The notes under the pieces: model-generated
Told to the model about the DNA's origin: nothing
Seen by the model: only the letters and a program-made list of their open reading frames with translations
Database searches by the model: none
Translations under genes and position numbers: made by a program
Part shown: positions 10,801 through 20,089 of the stretch, piece after piece
Numbering within the stretch: position 1 is the stretch's first letter
How the letters are laid out: each line of letters starts with the position of its first letter
NCBI GenBank assembly: GCA_021161675.1
Contig: JAGHAF010000096.1
Span: 6,201-70,200, forward strand
Source: Planctomycetota bacterium
GTDB lineage: Bacteria; Planctomycetota; Brocadiia; SM23-32
Reading direction: 5' to 3'
DNA: 64,000 nucleotides

Positions 10801-11106
10801 CAGGAAGACGGCTACGTTCAAACCGGTCTGGCCGCCGAGGGTCGGAAGCACGGCGTCGGGCCGCTCGCGGGCGATGATCTTCTCGATAATCTCCGCCGTG
10901 ATCGGCTCCACGTAAGTGCGGTGGGCCATCACGGGATCGGTCATGATGGTGGCCGGGTTGCTGTTAATCAGGACGACTTCGTAGCCCTCTTCCAGCAAAG
11001 CTTTGCACGCCTGGCTGCCACTGTAATCGAACTCGCAGGCCTGCCCGATGATGACCGGCCCGCTGCCGATCATCAATACCTTCCGGATATCCGTGCGTTT
11101 CGGCAT
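7840..11106 (-). CDS. carB: carbamoyl-phosphate synthase large subunit
   Basis: 1088 aa beginning MPKRTDIRKVLMIGSGPVIIGQACEFDYSGSQACKAL. Duplicated ATP-grasp halves and a C-terminal MGS-like domain. Confidence 0.95.
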   Translation of the reverse strand: MPKRTDIRKVLMIGSGPVIIGQACEFDYSGSQACKALLEEGYEVVLINSNPATIMTDPVMAHRTYVEPITAEIIEKIIARERPDAVLPTLGGQTGLNVAVFLAREGVYERYGVEVLGCDPEAISTAEDRELFKEAMLQIGLSVPDSGIAESVEEGMAIIDDIGLPIIIRPAFTLGGTGGSTAYNLEEAPELLAGGLGASPVHQVLVEQSVLGWKEIEYEVMRDCEDNVIMITSMENVDAMGVHTGDSAVIAPAQTLTAEEYGRYVDYCKRIIRRIGVKGGGVNIQLAGDPRSDKIEVIEVNPRLSRSSALASKATGFPIARVATKLAVGYTLDEVLNNVTGNTYTLQEPTVDYVVYKTARFAFEKFPQAERVINTSMKAVGESMSIGRNFKEAFQKGLRSLEIGRYGFGADGKDPAQLPEEDEVIRKLSVPNDERFFYIRYAFQRGFSIDRIYELSHVDRWFLFNYKQLVDFEDEIRAAGSIRSIEERLLRKAKEWGFSDRQLAFLLGCDEWTVRNRRKELGVVPVYKLVDTCAGEVDCERPYFYSAYEQLDECRATDKKKVIILGGGPNRIGQGIEFDYCCVHAALAVREEGYEAIMINCNPETVSTDYDTTDRLYFEPMTPEDVLNVVEVEKPWGVILQFGGQTPLNISAELEQNGAPLLGTSPRSIELAEDRKHFRALLEELGLRQAPSGAATTYEEALELAVQIGYPVLVRPSFVLGGRAMEIVYDAEELEHFMAEAVEASPERPVLVDKFLEAAIEVDVDAISDGNVTIIGAIMEHIEEAGVHSGDSACVIPPQTLSPRIQDEILRQTRALAAALEVVGLMNVQYAVQDGDLYVLEVNPRASRTIPFVSKATGVPLAKLATKVMMGYSLRELGLTEEVRIGHIAVKEAVFPFARFPGVDTVLGPEMKSTGEVMGLAKNFGMAFAKSQIAAGQNLPREGTVFFSLCDRDKTDDAARVARQFHQMGFQLVATQGTADWLREGDVPCERINKVREGRPHVVDSIINGEIALVINTPSGKHPRKDEVAIRSTSWARRVPIITTIQGAIAVVQAVRELEDNEMSVKTLQEYNIETHGSVPAPMFTPDS

Positions 11107-11129
11107 CTGTTCACCTTCCGTAAGTAGGG

Positions 11130-12182
11130 CTATCCCGAGATCTGTGCCACGAACTCATCCAGATGCGTATTCATCACTGTGCAGTAAGGGCCGCTCCAGA
11201 TCGGCTGCAGGCCGATGGCCGAGACTTCAGCAGCGCGAATCCCCTCTACCGAACCGTCGTTGATGTTCTCCCAGAGAAGCTCCACGCCGTCGGCCTGTTC
11301 GACGCTTTTACGATCTAGTGCTACGCTGTGCCGCTGGTGCGTGACTGCCACCGCGCCGGTCTTCACGTTGCGCACCGGGTAATTGGCGCCGTGGTGTCCC
11401 CGGCGCAGGAACACAGATCTGCACCCAAGGGCCAGCCCCAGGGCGACGTGGCCCAGCCCGCATCCCATCACCGGCACCTTTCCGAGAAGCGCGCTCGTGG
11501 TTTCGACGACCTGCGCCGGCGGCACGCTCATGCACGGCCCGTCGGAGACGTAGAGCGCCGCCGCCCCCGAGGCCAGGATGTCCTCCGCAGTCGCGTCGGG
11601 GTGGAACACGATCGGCGCGCAGCGCTCTTTGAGCCGGCCGAGCTGCGAGCGTCGCATGCCCAGGTTCAGCACGGCGACGCTGAGCCCCTCTGCGCCGTTT
11701 TCGGCGGGATGCTCGGACGGTGGCTCGAAACCGGGCCGGCCGGCCTCCTTCAGGCGCTCCTGAAGTTCCTCCGGCGAGACATGCGATGGGGCGATCGCCG
11801 CCATCATCTCGCCACATTCTCTGAGGTGAACCGCCAGTCCCCGCGTGTCCACTCCTGACAGACAGGGCACTGCGGCCCGCCGGAGCATCTCCCCAAAGTC
11901 ACCCTCCGCCTGATAGTGGCTGTGGAACTCACTGAGCACCCTCACCACGACGCCCGCCGGCTGCGCACGCTCCGATTCGGAGAATGCCTCCGTCAGTCCG
12001 ACGCTGCCTATCTCGGGATAAGTGAACGTCAGGATGGCGCTCTTGTAGGCGGGATCGGTGACCATCTCCTGGAAGCCCACCACGGCAGTGTTGGCGATGA
12101 TCCAGCCGATTGCCGTCTCGGCCGCTCCTTCCAACGCGCCGTCCAGTCGCATGCCGTCAGATAGCAGAATGTAACCGTCCAT
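11130..12182 (-). CDS. carA: carbamoyl-phosphate synthase small subunit (glutamine amidotransferase)
   Basis: 350 aa with a CarA N-domain plus a class-I GATase domain (GICLGHQ-like GCGLGHVAL, catalytic Cys and His). It lies immediately upstream of carB. Confidence 0.9.
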   Translation of the reverse strand: MDGYILLSDGMRLDGALEGAAETAIGWIIANTAVVGFQEMVTDPAYKSAILTFTYPEIGSVGLTEAFSESERAQPAGVVVRVLSEFHSHYQAEGDFGEMLRRAAVPCLSGVDTRGLAVHLRECGEMMAAIAPSHVSPEELQERLKEAGRPGFEPPSEHPAENGAEGLSVAVLNLGMRRSQLGRLKERCAPIVFHPDATAEDILASGAAALYVSDGPCMSVPPAQVVETTSALLGKVPVMGCGLGHVALGLALGCRSVFLRRGHHGANYPVRNVKTGAVAVTHQRHSVALDRKSVEQADGVELLWENINDGSVEGIRAAEVSAIGLQPIWSGPYCTVMNTHLDEFVAQISG

Positions 12183-12216
12183 TCGTCCTCCTCGTGCGGT
12201 GCTGGTGCGGGGTGTC

Positions 12217-13149
12217 TTAGACGTACTCGACAGTGGCCGGGGGCTTGGGCGTCAGGTCGTAAAGGCAGCGGTTGACACCCTCGATCGAGGTGATCCGTTC
12301 GCAGATTTGGTTCAGCTTATCCCAGGGCAACTGCGTGGCGGTCGCGGTCCTGGCATCCACGCTCTCGATGCAGCGCAGCACGATTATTCGCCCGAACTCA
12401 CGTTTATTGTCGCGAATGCCCGTGGCGCGATCACCGAGCAGCACGGCCATGTATTGGAACGCTCCGCTGTCGGCCAGCTCCTCCTCCACAACTGCTGTCG
12501 CTTCACGTACGAGTTCCAGCTTCTCCTCGGTCACCTCGCCCACGATCCGTGTCGCCAGCGCCGGGCCGGGGAAGGGGATGCGCTCGCTGATCTCCTTCGG
12601 CAGGCCGAGAAGGCGCGCCACCTCCCGCACGCCATCCTTGCGCAGCGTCTTCAAAGGCTCCACGACGGTGTAGCCGTAGGCATCCTCGGGATCGATGCCG
12701 ATCTGTTCTAGGATGTTATGCTGACGCTTGATGCCGTCCACGGTCTCCTCGATGTCAGTGAGGATAGTGCCGTGCAGCAAATACCGGGCTCCGGACTCCT
12801 TCACCAGCCTGACGAACACGTCGGCGTAGAAGGTGTCCGTGATGGCCTGGCGTTTCTGCTCGGGGTCGGTGACGCCCCTCAGCGCGGAGAGGAACTCCTC
12901 CCGGGCGTCGACCAGTTCTACGGGGATGCCCACGTCGGAGAAAACCCGGACCACGTGTTCCGGCTCTCCCTTGCGCATCAGCGCATTGTCAACGAAGTAA
13001 GTCTTCAGCCGATCCCCCAGCGCCTTGTGGCCCAGCATAGTAACCACGGAGCTGTCCACGCCGCCGCTGAGTGCGTTGATGGCAATACCGTCGCCGACGG
13101 CCTCCCGGATATCCTCAACCTGCTTTTCTACGAACTTGTTATAATCCAT
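12217..13149 (-). CDS. guaA: GMP synthase ATP-pyrophosphatase subunit (split, archaeal-type subunit B)
   Basis: MDYNKFVEKQVEDIREAVGDGIAINALSGGVDSSV is a PP-loop SGGxDS motif closely matching the GuaA C-terminal domain. A C-terminal dimerisation domain is present. No GATase domain is fused. Confidence 0.8.
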   Translation of the reverse strand: MDYNKFVEKQVEDIREAVGDGIAINALSGGVDSSVVTMLGHKALGDRLKTYFVDNALMRKGEPEHVVRVFSDVGIPVELVDAREEFLSALRGVTDPEQKRQAITDTFYADVFVRLVKESGARYLLHGTILTDIEETVDGIKRQHNILEQIGIDPEDAYGYTVVEPLKTLRKDGVREVARLLGLPKEISERIPFPGPALATRIVGEVTEEKLELVREATAVVEEELADSGAFQYMAVLLGDRATGIRDNKREFGRIIVLRCIESVDARTATATQLPWDKLNQICERITSIEGVNRCLYDLTPKPPATVEYV

Positions 13150-13390
13150 ACACGTTCCCTGTGGGTTGGAGCGTGAAACTCTCACCCGGCGCGCCGCACG
13201 TCGGGTAATGCGGGGAATAATGCGGATAATAAGGGCTCTTGGAAAGCTGCGCAAGTCACAGGCGCAAGTACACGTCGCCGACCCGCAGAGCCCGTCAGGG
13301 CGAGCAGGCGCAAGCGAATCGGAGCCTTGATTTCTCCTTCAAGCCCGGTTAGGCTGATCCCTGACCCTTGACCCCTGACCCCTGGCATCT

Positions 13391-14446
13391 ATGGCCGAGT
13401 TCGACCTGGAGGTGCGATGTCCCGCCTGCGGAGCGCGGTTCAAGGTCCCCCGCATCCGGCGGGGCGCCCGACAAGAATGCCCGGTGTGCGGGCACGCAAT
13501 GAGGATCGGCGGCGCCGACGCCTACGACGAGGACCTGGCCGAAGCGGGTCGCTTTCCCGAAGGGGCCCCCGCGCCGCTACCCCGGCCGCCTGGCTTTGCT
13601 TCCCCCGGCAAGAGCTGGGACCGGCCCGCGGCGACGCCAAGCGGCAGATGCGTTATCTGCGCCGTGGAAGAGAAGCATCCCAACCCGAAAACGGTGGCGT
13701 CGGTCGTCTGTGAGCTGACGGATATCCTTCCCCTGGAGGCCAGGGTGCAGGTGGCCGAAGGAATGGGCGTGCTGGCGGAAGATATTGACGCAAGGGTGGC
13801 GGAGGATATTGTCGCCCGACTGGGGAGGGAAGGCGTCGAGGCGTTCGCACTGGACCACGCGCTGATCCCCGAGGTCAAGGACGTCTCTTTCGTCCGCGTC
13901 AGCGACCTGACCGACGAGGGTCTCCACCTGCAGGTCGACGTCCACGGGAACGTGCAAATCATATCGTGGGACCGGATCATGGGTGGGTTCTGCACGAAAC
14001 GAAGGATTTCCCCCGGTCCGCCGCGACGCAAGGCCGGGGGTGGAATCCGATCGCCGATACACATGCCAGGTTACGGGACATTCAGAACCATGACGCGAGT
14101 TAGAACCAGGTCACACCAGCCCTCGGCGCGGGAGCAGGAAGCCAGGTGCGCCCTGCTGGCGCGCGCCGGCGGGGGCGGGCTGGGAGCCGTGACGTTCAGC
14201 GAAAGCCAGGTCAGCTACGCTTACCTGAAAGAGCGCCTCAAGCCCCGCGGCCCCTCTAAGTTCCAGCTGCTCATCTCCGACATACTGCGCCACACTCCGG
14301 GCGCCTTCTATCCGCCCAGCACGTGGGACGTAGCCGTGGGACAGCTCATGCGCATCGCGTGGATGAAAGAGGACGACGATTATCCCGCCTACCGCAGGTG
14401 GATGGTCTGCAAGATAGCTTATCACTGGCGCAGGGCTTCGGAGTAG
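13391..14446 (+). CDS. hypothetical protein with N-terminal zinc-ribbon
   Basis: MAEFDLEVRCPACGARFKVP...CPVCGH is a CxxC...CxxC zinc ribbon. The remainder has no recognisable family. Confidence 0.5.
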   Translation: MAEFDLEVRCPACGARFKVPRIRRGARQECPVCGHAMRIGGADAYDEDLAEAGRFPEGAPAPLPRPPGFASPGKSWDRPAATPSGRCVICAVEEKHPNPKTVASVVCELTDILPLEARVQVAEGMGVLAEDIDARVAEDIVARLGREGVEAFALDHALIPEVKDVSFVRVSDLTDEGLHLQVDVHGNVQIISWDRIMGGFCTKRRISPGPPRRKAGGGIRSPIHMPGYGTFRTMTRVRTRSHQPSAREQEARCALLARAGGGGLGAVTFSESQVSYAYLKERLKPRGPSKFQLLISDILRHTPGAFYPPSTWDVAVGQLMRIAWMKEDDDYPAYRRWMVCKIAYHWRRASE

Positions 14447-14643
14447 AAAAACGGCGGGGGCGGGGCGCTTTTCGGGGCAAGGCGCCAAATCGCTTTGACC
14501 CGCGCTTCCCCGGCCGGTATAGTCTGGCGGTGGATATCACCACGGAGGTTCTACATCCAGGCGCCACAGCTCCGCGCCCAACATTTGACTTGTGCTTCCC
14601 CGCGTCATCCCATAAAATACCATGCCTACGGAGGGAGGCGGCG

Positions 14644-15837
14644 ATGGGGTCAAAGGTTCCCAGCAGATTCGGCAAGTGGATGCTGGTCAAGAGGATTGGC
14701 GTGGGCGCCAGCGCCATCGTCTACCTGGCCAAACACGAACAGTTGGGGATTCAGGTGGCCCTGAAGGTGCTGCGCAAGGGCCTGTCCAACCGCCGGCCGG
14801 AATATGCCAAACGCTTCCTGCGAGAGGCCCGAACCGCCGCCCGCCTGGAGCATCCAAACATCGTCCGGGTTATCGATTGCGGAATACAGAACGGCTTCCA
14901 CTACATGGTCATGGACTATGTGGACGGGCAGGACTGCAAAGAGATGCTCGAGGCGCGGGAAGGTGGCCTGGACTGGCGAAACGCCACCGACATAGTGCAG
15001 CAGACGGCGAGGGGCCTGGCGCACGCCTCCGAGAAGGGGATTGTCCACAGGGACGTTAAGCCCAGCAACATCATCATCGACAAGGGCGGACGGGCGCGCG
15101 TGACGGACCTGGGCCTGGCCAAACTCAGCATCGAGGGGGCTGAGGAACTGACGCAGGAACTGCACACGGTCGGCACGCCCAATTACATGAGCCCGGAACA
15201 GATTCGCTCCCCCCGCCATCTGGACATACGGGCGGACATCTACTCGCTGGGCGCCACTTACTACCACCTAGTCACGGGGAGACCGCCATACATCGGGGAA
15301 TCCCCCATGGACGTGATCAGCAAGCACCTGACTGAGACGTTGACTCCACCCTCCAAGGTTCTCCCCGATCTGCCGGCCACCCTCTCCCAGGTCATATCGA
15401 AGATGATGGCCAAATCGCCCGGCCGGCGCTACCAGACTTACGATTCTCTCCAGGAAGACCTGCAGAACCTCCTTCACGGCAACCGCGTTGCGGCCCTTGA
15501 CTTCCGCGAAACCTATACCGCGACCGAAGAAGACGCGAACTTCCTGAAACTGCTGGACCGGCTCAGCGAAGGCGCAGTTTTCGAGATCGAGGAGGACGAA
15601 AGACCAGGACACACCGAAGGGCTGAAGCAAGAAAAAGCGAACGCCACAACCTACATCGCGCCTTTTGACCGCTCCGACATGGCAATCTACGCAGAACCCC
15701 CGGAAGAGAAGAGCACGCGTCTGGCGGCCCTCTCAGAATCCAACGAGTCCCCCGTGGCCCTGGTGGGGATACTGGTCATGATCGGGATCATCATCATAAT
15801 CGCCGTCCTCCTCCTTACTTTTTTCCCCAGCCATTGA
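14644..15837 (+). CDS. serine/threonine protein kinase, C-terminal membrane anchor
   Basis: Hanks-type motifs GVGASAIVYLAK, VALK, HRDVKPSNIII, DLGLAK, GTPNYMSPE. C-terminal hydrophobic segment ALVGILVMIGIIIIIAVLLL. The upstream in-frame extension from 14323 overlaps the previous gene and was rejected. Confidence 0.8.
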   Translation: MGSKVPSRFGKWMLVKRIGVGASAIVYLAKHEQLGIQVALKVLRKGLSNRRPEYAKRFLREARTAARLEHPNIVRVIDCGIQNGFHYMVMDYVDGQDCKEMLEAREGGLDWRNATDIVQQTARGLAHASEKGIVHRDVKPSNIIIDKGGRARVTDLGLAKLSIEGAEELTQELHTVGTPNYMSPEQIRSPRHLDIRADIYSLGATYYHLVTGRPPYIGESPMDVISKHLTETLTPPSKVLPDLPATLSQVISKMMAKSPGRRYQTYDSLQEDLQNLLHGNRVAALDFRETYTATEEDANFLKLLDRLSEGAVFEIEEDERPGHTEGLKQEKANATTYIAPFDRSDMAIYAEPPEEKSTRLAALSESNESPVALVGILVMIGIIIIIAVLLLTFFPSH

Positions 15838-15850
15838 GTCCCCCCTGTTC

Positions 15851-17134
15851 ATGGAACAACTCAAAGAGGACGCCCGTGAACTGATCCGCCTTTTCAAAGG
15901 CGGCCGCTACGCCTTCGGCCCGGGCGCCATCGAAAAGGCGGGCTCCCTCGCAGCCGAACTCGGGCAGCGATTCCTGCTGGTCCGCGGGCGCTCTTGCTCC
16001 CGCAACAATATGCTGGAGCGACTGAGGGGCTCGCTCTCCCGACAGGGGCTCGCCATAGAGAGCGAGTGCCCGGGCGCCGCCCCGAATTCCCCTGTCCAGG
16101 ACGTGGAGCGCGTGCGCGACGTGATACTCGACGCCTCGCCCGAAGCCGTCATCGGACTTGGCGGCGGCAGCCTGATCGACGGGCTCAAAGGGTCCATCAC
16201 GCTGGCCACGCTGGGCGGCTCCTGCGAGGACTACTACGGCGTCGGCAAGGTGAGCGAACGCCTCGAGGAAACCGGCCTAAAACTGATCCCCTTCCTCGCC
16301 GTCCAGACAGCAAGCGGCTCCGGAGCGCACCTGACAAAATACGCCAACCTCACCGATCTTACCACCATGCAGAAGAAGCTGTTTATCGACGACGCCGAGG
16401 CGCCGCCGCGCGCCCTTTTCGACTACGACGCCACCAGGACAATGCCAGCCGAGTTCACAAAGGTGGGGGCATTCGACGGGATCTGTCACCTGCTGGAAGT
16501 CTACTTCGGCCTGCCCCCGGACCATCCGAAAAGCGAACTGGTGGGACGGATAGCCCTGGTCGGCCTGGAGCTGATAATCGCCGCCCTGCCAGAGGCGCTC
16601 GAGCGGCCGCAAAGCGGCCCAGCGCGGGAAAGCATCGCCCTGGGGACCGACCTGGGCGGCTACGCAATCATGATCGGCGCCACCAACGGGCCGCACCTCA
16701 ACAGCTTCTCCCTGGTGGACGTCATGGACCACGGGAAGGCCGCGGCCCTGCTGACCCCTTACTACACGTGTTTTTTCGCCCCGGCGATTCCGCGGCGGCT
16801 GCTCCGCGCCGGTCGAGTGTACCAGCGCTACGGGCATATCCCCCCCGCAGTGAAATTAGACGCGCTTTCCGCGTTCGATCTCGGTCTGGCGGTGGGTCGG
16901 GGGATGGCCGCGCTCGCGCGGAGCGTGGGATTCCCCACAAGGCTGGACGATGTGGACGGGTTCGGGGACGAGCACGTCGAGCGGATGCTGCGCGCCGCCG
17001 GGGACCCGGCGCTCGCCTCCAAGTTGAAGGGCATGCCCATCCCCTTGCGGCCGGAGGACGTGGATCGCTACATGCGCCCGATCCTCGAGGCCGCCCGGTC
17101 GGGCGACTTCTCCCTGATCGAGTCGCACGACTGA
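15851..17134 (+). CDS. iron-containing alcohol dehydrogenase family protein
   Basis: GLGGGSLIDGLK glycine-rich NAD motif with downstream His-rich metal-binding region, on the Fe-ADH/glycerol dehydrogenase fold. 427 aa. Confidence 0.75.
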   Translation: MEQLKEDARELIRLFKGGRYAFGPGAIEKAGSLAAELGQRFLLVRGRSCSRNNMLERLRGSLSRQGLAIESECPGAAPNSPVQDVERVRDVILDASPEAVIGLGGGSLIDGLKGSITLATLGGSCEDYYGVGKVSERLEETGLKLIPFLAVQTASGSGAHLTKYANLTDLTTMQKKLFIDDAEAPPRALFDYDATRTMPAEFTKVGAFDGICHLLEVYFGLPPDHPKSELVGRIALVGLELIIAALPEALERPQSGPARESIALGTDLGGYAIMIGATNGPHLNSFSLVDVMDHGKAAALLTPYYTCFFAPAIPRRLLRAGRVYQRYGHIPPAVKLDALSAFDLGLAVGRGMAALARSVGFPTRLDDVDGFGDEHVERMLRAAGDPALASKLKGMPIPLRPEDVDRYMRPILEAARSGDFSLIESHD

Positions 17135-17302
17135 AGGCGGACGCCTGAGCGCGGAGGTCCCCTTCTGCGCTAAGAACTGGATTCCATGGTCTAAAGTTTT
17201 GTGTGTAAATTCGCTTTGGATGGGGTTGGCGCCCTTGCCCCACCGCCCCCCGCGCAGACCTTTTTACACGAATTACTTGACAGCATCAGCCGCGCGCTGC
17301 CC

Positions 17303-17330
17303 TTGACAACGGGAGCGGCGCTGGTAGAAT
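17303..17330 (+). promoter_or_regulatory. sigma70-like promoter candidate (TTGACA-N16-TAGAAT) upstream of pckG
   Basis: TTGACA at 17303-17308 and TAGAAT at 17325-17330, about 140 nt upstream of the pckG start. Confidence 0.35.
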
Positions 17331-17472
17331 GCGTTCGTCAATACTGGCAGCGCTTCCCAGCCAGTTTTCCTGCCAGACTCGCCGGTCAGCAACGAGCCTG
17401 GCTATTTCATAAATGCGCCAGACGGCGGTGGCACACATTGCAGCCTTCATAGTGAGCGGAGTTGCCCTCAGA

Positions 17473-19374
17473 ATGGTGTCCGAATACAACCAAATCCTCA
17501 AGGAGCGGCTCGACAACGAGAACTACGAGAAACTCGCTGCCCTTCAGAACCCCAAACTCCACGCCTTCGTGGCGGATTACGTCCAGCTTTGCAATCCGGA
17601 TACTATCTTTGTGGGCACGGACTCGGCCGAGGACGTCGCCTACACCCGCCGGCGGGCCGTCGAGCTGGGCGAAGAGCTGCCCCTCGCCACCGAAGGACAT
17701 ACCGTACACTACGATGGCTACTACGACCAGGCCCGCGACAAGGAGAACACCCGTTATCTCGTGACCCCCGGCGTGGACCTGGGCGAGCACCTGAACACCA
17801 TTGACAAGGAACAGGGCGTGCGCGAGGTGCGCGATTACCTGCGCGGCGGCATGGAAGGCAAGGAGATGTTCGTTCGCTTCTTCTGCCTGGGGCCGCGCAA
17901 CTCCGAGTTCGCCATCCCCTGTGTCCAGGTGACTGACTCCGCCTACGTGGCCCACAGCGAAGATATCCTCTACCGTCCGGGCTATGAGACCTTCCGCGCC
18001 ATCGGCGATTCGCAGGACTTCTTCCGGTTCATTCACAGCGCCGGCCCTCTCACCGAGAGCAACACCAGCGAACAGGTCTCCAGGCGCCGCATCTACATCG
18101 ACTTGGAGGAGAACCTCGTCTACAGCGCCAATACCCAGTACGCGGGCAACACCGTGGGGCTGAAGAAACTGGCCCTCCGCCTGGCGATCAACAAGGCCGA
18201 CAAAGAAGGGGGCTGGCTTGCGGAGCACATGATGCTCATAGGGGTCCACGGGCCGGGCGGCCGGGTCAGCTATTTCGCCGGCGCTTTCCCCAGCGCCTGT
18301 GGCAAAACCTCCACCGCCATGGTGCCGGGCGAGACCATCGTGGGCGATGACATAGCCTACCTGCGCAGACGCGGTGGGCGCGTCTGGGGAGCGAACGTCG
18401 AAAACGGCATCTTCGGCATCATCCGGGACGTCAATTCCCAGAATGATCCTGTCATCTGGAACTCTCTGCACACCCCGGGCGAAGTTATCTTTACAAATAT
18501 TCTGGTCGCCCCCGACGGCGCGCCCCACTGGCTGGGCATGGACGAGGGCTGCCCCAACGCGGGCCGCAATCATTCCGGCCAGTGGCGGGCGGGCGACACC
18601 GATCCGGACGGCAACCGGATAACGCCCTCACACAAGAACGCACGCTATACCATCCGGTTAGATTCCCTGAGCAACTGCGATCCGAAACTGGAGGCCCCCG
18701 AGGGCGTGCCTGTCGCCGGAATCATCTACGGCGGACGTGACAGCGACACGTGGGTCCCCGTGGAGGAGTCCCTGGACTGGGCGCACGGCATTATTACCAA
18801 GGGGGCCAGCCTGGAGTCGGAGACCACCTCCGCCACGCTGGGCGCCGAGGGCGTGCGCAAGTTCAACCTGATGGCCATCCTGGACTTCCTCGCCATCCCG
18901 CTCGGCCGATACGTCCGCAACAACCTGGAGTTCGGACGCAACCTGGAGAAACCTCCCCTGGTGTTCGGCGTCAACTATTTCCTGAAGGACGAGGACGGCA
19001 ATTACCTGAATTCCACTGCTGACAAGCGCGTTTGGTTGAAGTGGATGGAGCTGCGCGTCCACGGAAGCGCACGCGCCATCGAGACCCCCACCGGCCTTAT
19101 CCCGCGCTACGAGACGCTGCGCGAGCTGTTCCGGGAAGCGCTGAAGAAAGAGTACACCAGGACCGAGTACATGCAGCAGTTCTCAACCCGAGTGGCGCAG
19201 CACCTGGAGAAGCTGGAGCGCATCGAAAACATCTACCGCAAGCAGGCGCCCGACGCCCCCGCCCAGCTCTACGAGATCATAGCGGCCCAGCGCCGCCGCC
19301 TGGAGGAGGCCCGCGCCGCCCACGGAGACGTCATCTCCCCCGATTGCTTTTCGACTCCCGACGAGATGAAGTAG
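17473..19374 (+). CDS. pckG: phosphoenolpyruvate carboxykinase (GTP)
   Basis: 634 aa. Kinase-1a P-loop FPSACGKTS and conserved N-terminal MVSEYNQILKERLDNENYEKLAALQNPKLHAFV typical of GTP-dependent PEPCK. Confidence 0.9.
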   Translation: MVSEYNQILKERLDNENYEKLAALQNPKLHAFVADYVQLCNPDTIFVGTDSAEDVAYTRRRAVELGEELPLATEGHTVHYDGYYDQARDKENTRYLVTPGVDLGEHLNTIDKEQGVREVRDYLRGGMEGKEMFVRFFCLGPRNSEFAIPCVQVTDSAYVAHSEDILYRPGYETFRAIGDSQDFFRFIHSAGPLTESNTSEQVSRRRIYIDLEENLVYSANTQYAGNTVGLKKLALRLAINKADKEGGWLAEHMMLIGVHGPGGRVSYFAGAFPSACGKTSTAMVPGETIVGDDIAYLRRRGGRVWGANVENGIFGIIRDVNSQNDPVIWNSLHTPGEVIFTNILVAPDGAPHWLGMDEGCPNAGRNHSGQWRAGDTDPDGNRITPSHKNARYTIRLDSLSNCDPKLEAPEGVPVAGIIYGGRDSDTWVPVEESLDWAHGIITKGASLESETTSATLGAEGVRKFNLMAILDFLAIPLGRYVRNNLEFGRNLEKPPLVFGVNYFLKDEDGNYLNSTADKRVWLKWMELRVHGSARAIETPTGLIPRYETLRELFREALKKEYTRTEYMQQFSTRVAQHLEKLERIENIYRKQAPDAPAQLYEIIAAQRRRLEEARAAHGDVISPDCFSTPDEMK

Positions 19375-19477
19375 AGCAGACGCCGGGGAAAGCCATTCGA
19401 GCGTCAAAGCGCGCCCCGAGCGTCCCGCGCTCCGCCTGAAGACGCCAAAAGCGCGTAGCTTCATCTCTCAGGCCGGG

Positions 19478-19864
19478 TTACGGGTGGCAGCGCCCGAAGC
19501 GACGCATCACTTCGGCAAGCATATCCGGCGAATCCTCGGGAGCCGCCCGGCACTTCTTGACGGCCCCGCACCGCTGGCACCGGTAAACGATCACGTAGCG
19601 GCCGCGCTGCTTGCGGACCTCCACCGGCTTCATCATGCCCCCGCAGTCCGAAGCGCGGTCCCCCGGCATCACGTCCACGTGCCGGCTCCACAGACAATGC
19701 GGGCAGTGGTCCGTGTATCCCCCGCCACGCACGTCACTGCCGCAATTGGCGCAGGTGAAATCCTCAATCCGCTTTTGGAATCTCCTGCTCACGGTCTGTC
19801 CTTCATAGCCCCGCTGAGCGGGGCGGAGTTGGAAAGCAGCGCGGCCCGGCCATCGGGCAATCAA
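19478..19864 (-). CDS. RNHCP-domain zinc-binding protein
   Basis: FTCANCGSDV...GYTDHCPHCLWSRHVD...YRCQRCG resembles the RNHCP signature (HCPxCLWSxHVD) flanked by CxxC pairs. Confidence 0.55.
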   Translation of the reverse strand: MIARWPGRAAFQLRPAQRGYEGQTVSRRFQKRIEDFTCANCGSDVRGGGYTDHCPHCLWSRHVDVMPGDRASDCGGMMKPVEVRKQRGRYVIVYRCQRCGAVKKCRAAPEDSPDMLAEVMRRFGRCHP

Positions 19865-19955
19865 TAATATCGCGGCTCCGCGCCTCGGGGCAAGGGGGGG
19901 CGCGCGTGGCGTTCGCTTTCTCGCGCGGCCGAATCGCAGTACAATGCCCCGCAGA

Positions 19956-20045
19956 GGGCGAGTGGCGGAATCGGCAGACGCACTGGGCTTAAAACCCAGT
20001 GGGCCGCTAAGGCCCGTGGGGGTTCGAATCCCCCCTCGCCCACCA
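19956..20045 (+). tRNA. tRNA-Leu (anticodon UAA), class II with long variable arm, CCA encoded
   Basis: Acceptor GGGCGAG/CTCGCCC. Anticodon stem CTGGG/CCCAG with loop CTTAAAA. Variable arm GGGCCGCTAAGGCCC. T-arm GGGGG-TTCGAAT-CCCCC. Discriminator A then CCA. Confidence 0.9.
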
Positions 20046-20069
20046 GCATTTTCGGGGCCGCGAAAATGC
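20046..20069. terminator. hairpin (9-bp stem gcattttcg/cgaaaatgc) between convergent tRNA-Leu and SMC-like gene
   Basis: Inverted repeat immediately 3' of the tRNA and 20 nt from the stop of the minus-strand gene. Possible bidirectional terminator. Confidence 0.3.
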
Positions 20070-20089
20070 TGGTAGAGCAGGAGAGCTGC

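Noticed and set aside
13255-13390. Short tandem ccctgaccc(c)t repeats just upstream of the zinc-ribbon gene.
   Set aside because: Only about 3 imperfect copies of a 9-10-mer. This is most likely chance low-complexity in a promoter region.
14323-14643. N-terminal extension of the Ser/Thr kinase ORF in the supplied track.
   Set aside because: It overlaps the 3' end of the preceding gene and contains no kinase subdomain. The kinase glycine loop begins right after the internal Met at 14644.
15994-17148. 384-aa arginine-rich ORF overlapping the Fe-ADH gene in another frame.
   Set aside because: Extreme R/G/P content and no domain. It is a frame artefact of GC-rich coding sequence.
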